42,587 nucleotides of DNA, from IMG/VR virus record IMGVR_UViG_3300045988_039819, positions 1 through 42,587 of that record. One strand, given 5' to 3'. The position numbers and the translations under genes were made by a program. Position 1 is the first letter of the stretch. Every line of letters starts with the position of its first letter. The DNA comes from a virus. The notes beneath the pieces were generated by a model. That model did not search any database. It worked only from the letters and a program-made list of their open reading frames with translations, and was not told the DNA's origin. Below, one piece after another: positions 22,968-29,978 of this stretch.

Positions 22968-23024
22968 GCAATTGCATACAAAAAAGCGCCCATGCTTTTG
23001 TGCAAAAGTGCGAAAGGTTTGTTT

Positions 23025-24035
23025 ATGGCTGTTACTGTGTATTATGAACGAGGGCAAGTCGTAAAAATTTTGCCTGAACCGGGCGTATCTTACTATGATG
23101 TACGAGAGATCATAAACAAAGCAACTTCAATTGTGTCTGATGGCATTTCCTATGATCTAACGGACAGAAATTCTATTTACTCTATTGCAATTCCAGAGTA
23201 CACATATAAGCACGAAAATAAGCACGCACAAAATTTGGGCGTCACTGGGTATCTGGAATATGTGTTGCGGATGCACGCAGGGTATTTATGGAATATTAAC
23301 GAATATAATCTTTCCTTAATATGTTTGGGGAAAGCTTGCCAGCTCATGCTTTATTCGACAATCGGTTGGCAAAGAAAAGATTATTATAGAATTGTCAACT
23401 ACAATATCAATTTAGGGCGCTTCAAAAAAGCACAAGAATGGAAACAATGGATTAAAAAATATACTCCTAGCCCATTAGATTTAGAAAAAGAAGCATTTGA
23501 AAATTGTTTAGAATCTGCTTCTTTTTTAGATACTGATTTAGTAGAAGTCGATGGCTTCGGTGGCATGTGTTCTGTTTGCGCCAAATATAGAAATAGGATA
23601 TATAGTTTATCCGGAAAAACTTGGAAATTCCCTAAATTTCCATCAGATTTTCATTTCGGTTGCAGTTTAAGAATCTCTCCTTTTGTTGATAAAGTTTCGG
23701 AGCCAGCTTTTACTTGCAAAAATTATGTCTTGCATAGTTGGCGTCCATTTGTTGATGATAGAACTCCGCTTGAGATCGAAAATTACAAAAAAAGATTAGA
23801 GCTTCTGTCGGAATGGGCCGAACCGGAGCCAAATTTAAATCATATTATTTATTATTGGTTTAAGCCAAAGTTTCCAAATGAATTTCCTAAAACGGTTGGC
23901 GCTTTTTCGAGAATGAGAAACGCAAATTCTCCCAGATACCAAAAATTAATGCAAATGGTCGAAAGCGCCGGTTACACAATTCCGCAATCGTTAGAAGAAG
24001 TCATTGAAATTGACGAAAAGAATAACGCAGGATAA
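23025..24035 (+). CDS. AT-rich island gene: hypothetical protein with a helical N-terminal half and a C-terminal Cys/His motif
   Basis: 336 aa from MAVTVYYERG (an alternative ATG lies at 22992). The gene is visibly far more AT-rich than the genome. The motif is GMCSVCAKYRNRIYSLSG...DFHFGCSLRISPFVDKVSE. Confidence 0.6.
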   Translation: MAVTVYYERGQVVKILPEPGVSYYDVREIINKATSIVSDGISYDLTDRNSIYSIAIPEYTYKHENKHAQNLGVTGYLEYVLRMHAGYLWNINEYNLSLICLGKACQLMLYSTIGWQRKDYYRIVNYNINLGRFKKAQEWKQWIKKYTPSPLDLEKEAFENCLESASFLDTDLVEVDGFGGMCSVCAKYRNRIYSLSGKTWKFPKFPSDFHFGCSLRISPFVDKVSEPAFTCKNYVLHSWRPFVDDRTPLEIENYKKRLELLSEWAEPEPNLNHIIYYWFKPKFPNEFPKTVGAFSRMRNANSPRYQKLMQMVESAGYTIPQSLEEVIEIDEKNNAG

Positions 24036-24039
24036 TACT

Positions 24040-24498
24040 ATGCCTAGAAAAAATACTGTAAAAGTAAATTACGAAAACCTTAAAAACGCAATTGACCAGC
24101 ACAAAACATATCGAGGGAACAATACATTATTTTGCTTAGATATGGGGTTTGAGAATCGAACTTCTTGGGTTTCGGACTTAAAAAGAGGAAGAAATCTTCC
24201 CTCCCCCGAAGAAGCCGCCCGCATGTGCATCCTCCTAGAAACTACCCCCGAAGAAATCCTGTTGCACGAAGGCGAGACGGATGAAGAAACGGCCAAATGC
24301 CTGGAGGATATCCAGAGGGTAAAAGAGCTGGTGGCGGAGCTGCGGAAAGAAGAGCCGGTCCTCATAGGCGCCAGCTTGCCAATCACCAGGGAAGCGTGGG
24401 AAGCGGAGGCCGAGAAATGGTCCGACGAGGACCTTCTGAAGGCTATGCGGAAACTCTTGGCGATCCAGGAGGAAAGACGAGAGAAGAATGGAGATTGA
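24040..24498 (+). CDS. Degenerate XRE-like HTH protein with an acidic helical C-terminus
   Basis: The start is at MPRKNTV, 4 nt after the upstream stop. The HTH-like segment is NRTSWVSDLKRGRNLPSPEEAARMCILLETTPEEILL. The AT-rich to GC-rich junction falls inside this gene at about 24200. Confidence 0.5.
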   Translation: MPRKNTVKVNYENLKNAIDQHKTYRGNNTLFCLDMGFENRTSWVSDLKRGRNLPSPEEAARMCILLETTPEEILLHEGETDEETAKCLEDIQRVKELVAELRKEEPVLIGASLPITREAWEAEAEKWSDEDLLKAMRKLLAIQEERREKNGD

Positions 24499-24772
24499 GT
24501 TGACCCGTGCGGCAAAAAAATCTCTGGCGGCACTCTACAAAGAGTACCGCCAGAGGATAAATGCCGGGATGAAAAAGGCCCAGGCCATTTCTTTTGAGAA
24601 TTGTTCCGAAGATATCTTGGAAAGCCGGAATGAGCTGAAGACCGCCGGCCTGGTGAAAGCCGATATTTTGGGCAATATTCAGCTCACGGACAAAGCCATC
24701 ATTTTCATGGAGGGGAAAGCCTGGGACACCATTAAAGGATGGCTTTCATTCGGCGCTCAGTTTATACCCTAA
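24488..24772 (+). CDS. Hypothetical protein
   Basis: 94 aa, overlapping the upstream gene by 11 nt. Confidence 0.5.
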   Translation: MEIELTRAAKKSLAALYKEYRQRINAGMKKAQAISFENCSEDILESRNELKTAGLVKADILGNIQLTDKAIIFMEGKAWDTIKGWLSFGAQFIP

Positions 24773-24967
24773 TTTGTCCTCGACAAAACGGATAAACTCG
24801 TCCCCGGAGAACGCCCTACCGGAATGTACATTCTGGACGCTGAAAGAGACATCGCAGCCATCCGTGTGGAAGGTCAGCTCCTCGCAGCGAAGCGGGAGCC
24901 CGTTCACGATCGCATAGGTTTTATCGCCGTCGGAAGCGATGAGGATTTTAGGGTTGGATAATACCAT
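24746..24967 (-). CDS. Hypothetical small beta-rich protein
   Basis: 73 aa, convergent with the 24488..24772 gene. Confidence 0.45.
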   Translation of the reverse strand: MVLSNPKILIASDGDKTYAIVNGLPLRCEELTFHTDGCDVSFSVQNVHSGRAFSGDEFIRFVEDKLGYKLSAE

Positions 24968-25109
24968 CTTTTTGTAACTCCTTCCATAGTCTGATTTGCT
25001 CTTCCTGCGGTAGTTTCGTTACCGCCAGGATAAATTCCTGTCGCAATGATGGCGCAAGCGCCGAAGATCCCGCACACAGCAATTCCTTCAATTTCCCGCC
25101 TTCTTCCAT
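24948..25109 (-). CDS. Hypothetical small protein (53 aa)
   Basis: The start is taken at MEEGGKLKELL. The upstream part of the tracked ORF runs through hairpins and palindromes. There is no SD sequence, and a promoter-like element ends 3 nt upstream. Confidence 0.35.
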   Translation of the reverse strand: MEEGGKLKELLCAGSSALAPSLRQEFILAVTKLPQEEQIRLWKELQKDGIIQP

Positions 25110-25112
25110 CAG

Positions 25113-25139
25113 TTTATACAATTTGCAATTGCAAGTCAA
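25113..25139 (-). promoter_or_regulatory. Promoter-like element with an embedded perfect palindrome
   Basis: On the minus strand TTGACT is followed by a 15-nt spacer and TATAAA. The spacer contains TTGCAATTGCAA (25123-25134). Confidence 0.4.
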
Positions 25140-25202
25140 CAACAAGATTCCAATGTGTAATACTATATCGATTGGGGAGCCAATCGCAATTGTGTTCTGA
25201 TT

Positions 25203-25236
25203 GGCCCCCCTGCCGCCTGCAACCGGCAGAGGGGCC
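25203..25236. promoter_or_regulatory. GC-rich hairpin (12 positions, 1 mismatch, 10-nt loop)
   Basis: GGCCCCcCTGCC-gcctgcaacc-GGCAGaGGGGCC. Confidence 0.4.
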
Positions 25237-25267
25237 TTATAGCAGATAGCCACCAAACATCAAACCT

Positions 25268-25294
25268 ACCTGCTATGGCTGCATCATAGCAGGT
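25268..25294. promoter_or_regulatory. Perfect 10-bp hairpin with a 7-nt loop
   Basis: ACCTGCTATG-gctgcat-CATAGCAGGT. Confidence 0.4.
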
Positions 25295-25411
25295 AAGCGG
25301 TTGGCAGAGCAAGCCGAGGCAAAGGCAGAATCTCTCCAGTTATTAAGAATTTGGCAAAATTAGGCTTGGCAGCATCTTCCAGAAACCAGGCAAACGAAAG
25401 GAGCGTACCTC

Positions 25412-25819
25412 ATGGAAACCATCCAGGACATTTGCTGGAAGGAGCGAGAAACGCAAAGGAAAACAGCACAAACCATAGCGGACGAATCCGGCATCTCGAT
25501 CTCGACCGTCAACAACTACTTTTCCAGCGCATCCAAGCAGCCATCCGTATACACCGTCGGGCCCATTTGCAAGAGCCTGGGAGTGTCCCTGGACCGGTAT
25601 TTTGAGATCGTGCCGAAAGGCGAGGATTTGACGGAGCGGGAGGAAGCCTTACTTACTCAGCAAGTGTGCCATGAGCAAGACATGAACAAGCTGTTAAACG
25701 AAGCCATTAAGCACAAGAATCGGGTAATCTTTGCTCTGCTGTTGATTTTTGCCCTGGCGCTGGTGTATGGCATCACTCTGGACATGCTGAACCCAAGCAT
25801 GGGCCTTTTCAGAGGATAA
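25412..25819 (+). CDS. XRE-family HTH protein with a C-terminal transmembrane segment
   Basis: 135 aa. The HTH is RKTAQTIADESGISISTVNNYFS, and the C-terminal TM segment is VIFALLLIFALALVYGITL. An AAAGGAG RBS precedes the gene, which lies upstream of int. Confidence 0.6.
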   Translation: METIQDICWKERETQRKTAQTIADESGISISTVNNYFSSASKQPSVYTVGPICKSLGVSLDRYFEIVPKGEDLTEREEALLTQQVCHEQDMNKLLNEAIKHKNRVIFALLLIFALALVYGITLDMLNPSMGLFRG

Positions 25820-25928
25820 AAAGAGGAACCGCCTCCGATACCGAAATACCGGAGGCGGCGATCAGGAAGCGGACGCTGATGCAAAGCAATCCGCTCCTCC
25901 ATTATAGCAAAGTAGGAGGAAAACGCAA

Positions 25929-26954
25929 GTGAAAATTCCGGAGCCAATAAAGCTACCATCAGGGAAATACCGCATCCAGATCATGGTTGACGGGAAACGA
26001 GTTGGAAACACTTTTGATACGGCGGAAGAGGCTCAATTTTGGGCCTCCGGCATCAAAACAAAAATGGTGGAGGCGCAAAAGCCTGTAAGAAGACTTACAG
26101 TTGGGGAAGCTGCCGACCGATACATCGAATCCAGAAGCGAGGTTCTTTCCCCGTCCACTATTGCCGGGTATAAACGCATCCGAAAAAATCTGATGAAGGA
26201 TATTGAGAATATCGTTTTAGCCGATCTCACACAAGAACGGGTGCAGCGCTGGGTAAACAGGCTATCGAGGGAAGGAAAAACGCCGAAGACAATTGCAAAC
26301 GCACACGGATTTTTGAGCCCAATCCTTGCGGAGTATAAGCCGGAAATGGCCTTACGCACAACCATGCCACAAAAAGTAAAAACGGAAATTGAGATACCGT
26401 CCGAGGCCGACGCTGTAGCCATTGCCAACGCATGCAAAGGTACAAAATACGAGCTGCCAATTATGATTGCCATTTGGCTTGGCCTCCGGGCATCCGAGAT
26501 TATTGGCCTGCGCTGGAATGATATTGATGGTGAGTATCTGCAAATCCGAAGGGCCATTGTGGCCGGGGAAAACGGGCCTGTTGAAAAGGGAGTAAAAACG
26601 TATAGCGGCACCAGAAGGGTACACCTTCCGCCCTACCTTTTTGATTTAATCCAGAGGCAGCCGAAGACAAGCGAACACATTGTGAACCTTTCCGGACATG
26701 CGCTATATAGTGGCTTTGTCCGCATCTGCGAGAAGGCCAAAGTCAGGCACTACCGATTCCACGATCTGCGGCACTTTAACGCATCCGTCATGCTGGCGGA
26801 AGGTATCCCGGATAAGTATGGCATAAAGCGGATGGGCCACGCTACCAACAACATGTTAAAAACCACGTACCAACACACTCTTGCCGAAAAAGAAAAGGCG
26901 TTTGATAAAATCATTGACGGGCATTTTGAGGAGTTGTTCGCTCCGAAAGAATAG
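25929..26954 (+). CDS. int: Tyrosine recombinase / phage integrase
   Basis: 341 aa, GTG start after AGGAGG. Catalytic signatures are LGLRASE, HDLRHF and GHATNNMLKTTYQH. Confidence 0.9.
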   Translation: MKIPEPIKLPSGKYRIQIMVDGKRVGNTFDTAEEAQFWASGIKTKMVEAQKPVRRLTVGEAADRYIESRSEVLSPSTIAGYKRIRKNLMKDIENIVLADLTQERVQRWVNRLSREGKTPKTIANAHGFLSPILAEYKPEMALRTTMPQKVKTEIEIPSEADAVAIANACKGTKYELPIMIAIWLGLRASEIIGLRWNDIDGEYLQIRRAIVAGENGPVEKGVKTYSGTRRVHLPPYLFDLIQRQPKTSEHIVNLSGHALYSGFVRICEKAKVRHYRFHDLRHFNASVMLAEGIPDKYGIKRMGHATNNMLKTTYQHTLAEKEKAFDKIIDGHFEELFAPKE

Positions 26955-26960
26955 CCCATT

Positions 26961-27018
26961 TTCGTGTGCAATTTCGTGTGCAATTTTTCCCTTAAAAATT
27001 GATTTTTAATTGCACACG
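26961..27018. repeat. attP arm-type sites (int-proximal arm)
   Basis: TTCGTGTGCAAT occurs twice in tandem (26961-26984), with an inverted copy ATTGCACACG at 27009-27018. Confidence 0.6.
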
Positions 27019-27077
27019 CTAAAATAGACTTGTAAAATTTAAAAGACGCAAGAGCCGCCAAACCCGCATAAAATCAA

Positions 27078-27114
27078 GAAAAACCGGGGAACCATTGAGA
27101 TTCCTCGGTTTTTC
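27078..27114. terminator. Bidirectional intrinsic terminator next to the attP core
   Basis: A run of A residues is followed by CCGGGGAA-9 nt-TTCCTCGG (8 bp, one G:U) and TTTTT. On the minus strand this element directly follows the tRNA 3' fragment. Confidence 0.6.
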
Positions 27115-27117
27115 CTT

Positions 27118-27147
27118 TGGTGGAGGCGAGGGGAGTTGAACCCCTGC
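27118..27147 (-). other. attP core: 3' end of a tRNA gene (T-arm, acceptor 3' strand and CCA)
   Basis: The minus-strand sequence is GCAGGGG-TTCAACT-CCCCT-CGCCTCC-A-CCA. No 5' half is present. The position, about 165 bp downstream of int between the repeated arm sites, is classic for integration into a tRNA gene. Confidence 0.65.
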
Positions 27148-27190
27148 TTAAAACATTTACAAACCGCATAAATTCAACGAAAGAATCGAG

Positions 27191-27213
27191 TTGTGTGCAA
27201 TTTCGTGTGCAAT
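27191..27213. repeat. attP arm-type sites (distal arm)
   Basis: TTGTGTGCAAT followed by TTCGTGTGCAAT, in the same orientation as the 26961-26984 copies. Confidence 0.6.
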
Positions 27214-27222
27214 TTTGCGGAG

Positions 27223-27561
27223 TTAAAGTGCCTGAATCTTCCGCATTACGCTGTTGTAAACCCGCTCGTTTACAATGCGTAACGTATCCATCAGCTCATC
27301 CACAACCGCCCACGCCTTTGCCGGGTTTTTCCCGGCGACGGCCCGAAGAAAATCAGTATCGCCGTACTCCCCCACGTCGGCGCTTACCGCAACGGTAGGC
27401 GCCGCAGAGGAGTACATCACCGGAGCTACTGTGCTTTCGGGCTTTCTTTTGTGCTGGTTTTGGATGATGTAGAGAGCCGCCAGTTTCTCGTAGTTGTTCC
27501 AGCTGGATTCTTCCGTTTCTAGGCGGCTGATCCATAGTCGGAGCTCGTTCTCGTCGATCAT
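27223..27561 (-). CDS. Cargo operon gene 8: hypothetical protein
   Basis: 112 aa and helical (ELRLWISRLETEESSWNNYEKLAALYII...VVDELMDTLRIVNERVYNSVMRKI). Confidence 0.55.
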   Translation of the reverse strand: MIDENELRLWISRLETEESSWNNYEKLAALYIIQNQHKRKPESTVAPVMYSSAAPTVAVSADVGEYGDTDFLRAVAGKNPAKAWAVVDELMDTLRIVNERVYNSVMRKIQAL

Positions 27562-27575
27562 GGGGTTACACCCCC

Positions 27576-27950
27576 TCAGCCCTCCATCAGGGACATTGCC
27601 CGCCGAAGGGCCTCTTTTACCCGCTCGTCGTCGGTTTCCCGCAGCATATCATTGAGCTGCTCCCGCAAATGCTCTGCCCCGCCAGTGCGGCTATACCTAC
27701 CGCGGGAATCCCGATGGCGGCCCCGCCAGGAATCGCCGTGGCCGTAGGTGCCTCGAATATCGGCTTCCCAGTCGCCGGTGCCGGAATAGCCCTCGCTTTC
27801 CATCATCTCGATCTTGTCGATGTTCTTGATGGTGTCCGTCAGCTTGTGCGCAATTTCGAGATCGCCCGCGCCAAGCTCGCCCTTACGTGCCAGCTCGTCG
27901 AGTTCGTCGCACAGCATATTGCGCAGATCATACATTGCTTTCTTGCTCAT
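27576..27950 (-). CDS. Cargo operon gene 7: hypothetical charged protein with an RG/RD-rich centre
   Basis: The start is at MSKKAMYDL, the second ATG, 7 nt after AAAGGAG. The central segment is GHGDSWRGRHRDSRGRYSRTGG. Confidence 0.55.
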   Translation of the reverse strand: MSKKAMYDLRNMLCDELDELARKGELGAGDLEIAHKLTDTIKNIDKIEMMESEGYSGTGDWEADIRGTYGHGDSWRGRHRDSRGRYSRTGGAEHLREQLNDMLRETDDERVKEALRRAMSLMEG

Positions 27951-27963
27951 GTCCATTCTCCTT

Positions 27964-28386
27964 TCACGCGATTCTCTCAACCGTCAGATTCGAGTTGGCG
28001 AAGTTGACGGCCTGAGTGCTGGTGTTTTCCATTGCGACCGTCAGGCAGCAGCCTTTCGGAACGCAAACCTGTGCGGAAACATAAATGTTAAAGTAGTTTT
28101 CTACCGCCGCAGGCGTAACAGTTGCCGTTGCACTGGTCAGCGGCTCTCCGTTGATGGCAAGCGCCGCCGTGATGGCCTCGACCGTGCCTCCGGTTGGAAT
28201 AGCGATGTTGCCGCCAAAGGAGATCCTAAACAGGGCGCGATTTTGATTAGTGAGGCCGCGCAGCGTGACAATGCCTGCGCCCTGGCGATGCACGATACAC
28301 GGCTTGCTATTGACCGCCGTTTCGGTCAACGGAACGTTCTGCCCTGCGGCTACGCTTACAATATTCGCGTTTGTGTACTCTGCCAA
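27964..28386 (-). CDS. Cargo operon gene 6: beta-rich 140-aa protein, possibly a C1q/TNF-like (BclA C-terminal-domain-like) jelly roll
   Basis: The start is TTG at 28386. The sequence alternates in a beta-strand pattern (IVHRQGAGIVTLRG...LFRISFGGNIAIPTGG...ALAINGEPL...CCLTVAMENTS...NLTVERIA). The fold assignment rests on resemblance only. Confidence 0.4.
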   Translation of the reverse strand: MAEYTNANIVSVAAGQNVPLTETAVNSKPCIVHRQGAGIVTLRGLTNQNRALFRISFGGNIAIPTGGTVEAITAALAINGEPLTSATATVTPAAVENYFNIYVSAQVCVPKGCCLTVAMENTSTQAVNFANSNLTVERIA

Positions 28387-28539
28387 AATAATCAGTCCTT
28401 TCTAAAGGGGTCGAAATCGACCCTGTTAAAATACAGCGGCGAGGCAATAGCCCCGCCGCGTTGTCGTAGTATCGGCACGGGGCCGACCATCTCGGTAACG
28501 TCACCGATATGGTGACCGAGAAGCTATGCTATGCAGTTG

Positions 28540-29274
28540 TCAGCAGCCGCATCCCTGATTGCAGCCGCAGCCGCCGTAACCGCTGCCCGCCCACGGGTTA
28601 CAAGTAATGTAGGCAGGCGAAGGGCACGGACGAAGCTGAGAGATCAGATAGTTGTTCTGCGCAGCCTGAGAAGCGGCAAGGCGCAGCTCCTGATTGGCAC
28701 TTTCCAGGTCGCGCATCTTGTTCTGCGTCAGGAAGTCAAGGATAGCGCGGCTATTCTGGTTCTGGTTGTCGATGATGTCACGCGCAGCGGTGTTGACCGT
28801 GTTGCGGGTGTCGCACGCCTGCGTCGCCATATCGTACCGCACCTGGGCAATAGCCGCCCGGTTCTCGCAGCAGCACTCCTGGTTCTGCATCTGCATGGCG
28901 GTGAGCTGCTGCATCAGCGCCGCCTGCTGGTTGCTACGGGACAGCTCGGCCTGTGCAAAGCCGTTTGCCATCGCCATGTTGGTGCCGTTGACAAGCTGCG
29001 CCTGCTGGTAAAATCCGTCGCAAAGGCCCTGATTTACGCTGTCGATCTTGCGCTCGACATTGGCAAAGTCAGAGGTCAGAACATAACCGTCCATCACGCC
29101 GTTGCCGCCGCCACCGAAGCCGAAGCCGTTACCCCAGCCGCCAAACGCGGCGAAAATGAGAAACAGCACGATCCACCACGCGCCATCGCCGCCCCAGCCG
29201 AAGCCGCTACCGTTGCCAGTGTTGGCAGGAGCCACAGGCATAGTCAGCATGGTGCCGTCAGAGGAAAGAGACAT
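28540..29274 (-). CDS. Cargo operon gene 5: Gly-rich, single-TM, Q/N-rich coiled-coil protein with a Cys-rich C-terminus
   Basis: 244 aa. It has GNGSGFGWGGDGAWWIVLFLIFAAFGGWGNGFGFGGGGNG, a central ECCCEN, and a C-terminal PCPSPAYITCNPWAGSGYGGCGCNQGCGC. Confidence 0.65.
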   Translation of the reverse strand: MSLSSDGTMLTMPVAPANTGNGSGFGWGGDGAWWIVLFLIFAAFGGWGNGFGFGGGGNGVMDGYVLTSDFANVERKIDSVNQGLCDGFYQQAQLVNGTNMAMANGFAQAELSRSNQQAALMQQLTAMQMQNQECCCENRAAIAQVRYDMATQACDTRNTVNTAARDIIDNQNQNSRAILDFLTQNKMRDLESANQELRLAASQAAQNNYLISQLRPCPSPAYITCNPWAGSGYGGCGCNQGCGC

Positions 29275-29327
29275 AGTATCACTCCTTTTGAAAAAATGTT
29301 TATATCAAACCGTGGCCACGATTTTGA

Positions 29328-29549
29328 TTACTTGAAAAGCCCCTGAAATTGGTTCGCCATTGACTGTATCTTGTTCAACTGGTCTTGTGAGATTTTGCCG
29401 CTTTGCAGCATCTTCTCCACTTCCGCTTTTGGGTCGCCTTTAAAACTTGCCTTGAACTGCTTGAACTGCTGTAACAGCTGGGGAAAGCCGCCCATCGACC
29501 CCGGCATCTGTCCGCCGCCCAACGCATTGAAAAACGGATTGTTACTCAT
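29328..29549 (-). CDS. Cargo operon gene 4: small Q/K-rich protein
   Basis: 73 aa (GGFPQLLQQFKQFKASFKGDPKAEVEKMLQSGKISQDQLNKIQSMANQFQGLFK). Confidence 0.55.
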   Translation of the reverse strand: MSNNPFFNALGGGQMPGSMGGFPQLLQQFKQFKASFKGDPKAEVEKMLQSGKISQDQLNKIQSMANQFQGLFK

Positions 29550-29976
29550 CGTCTTCGTCCTCCTCCACCTTGCGTTTCTTCTTGCCCTTTATTTCGCCCA
29601 CAAGTGCCGCCAGACGGTCGAACTCCTCGCGGGTGACAAATTCCACGCTTTTCCCCTGCGGCGCTGTACGGGGCGTTTCTGCGCGTTCTACGAGGTCGTA
29701 AATCTTGAGCGTCGGCTTGCCGCTTGCATCCGCTTGCTTGAGATACACAGCCGGAGCGGTGGAATCCCACAGCGCCACAGCAGAGTTGGGAGCGATGAGA
29801 TAGCCTCTTGCCTCCTGCTCGCCGCTTACCCACTGCACGCCGCCCTGCGCCACCGGATTCTGCGGAACGGGCTGCGGAATCTGCGGCTGCATCATCTGCT
29901 GCTGCCGCATCTGCATGAGGTTATCGGGCATCGGTTGAGGATAATACGGGTTTTGGTAGTAAGGATTAAATGCCAT
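29542..29976 (-). CDS. Cargo operon gene 3: protein with a Q/P/Y-rich N-terminus, a beta core and a Lys/acidic tail
   Basis: The start is at MAFNPYYQNPYYPQPMPDNLMQMRQQQMMQPQIPQPVPQNP (ATG 29976), after GGAGG. The tail is KGKKKRKVEEDEDDE. Confidence 0.6.
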   Translation of the reverse strand: MAFNPYYQNPYYPQPMPDNLMQMRQQQMMQPQIPQPVPQNPVAQGGVQWVSGEQEARGYLIAPNSAVALWDSTAPAVYLKQADASGKPTLKIYDLVERAETPRTAPQGKSVEFVTREEFDRLAALVGEIKGKKKRKVEEDEDDE

Positions 29977-29978
29977 GT

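Noticed and set aside
22729-23057. Minus-strand ORFs 22729..22977 and 22842..23057 in the switch region.
   Set aside because: They lie in the AT-rich intergenic control region, lack RBSs, and overlap the promoter and operators and the start of the plus-strand island gene.
24948-25256. The full 102-aa version of this ORF, starting at TTG 25256.
   Set aside because: The N-terminal 49 codons run through the promoter-like element, the perfect palindrome and a GC hairpin, and they read as implausible protein. Only the C-terminal 53 aa were kept, and with low confidence.
28540-29274. The Gly/Ser/Cys-rich C-terminus as a thiazole/oxazole-modified (microcin B17-like) precursor peptide.
   Set aside because: The protein is 244 aa with a TM helix and a coiled coil. 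No cyclodehydratase, dehydrogenase or export genes are present in the phage.
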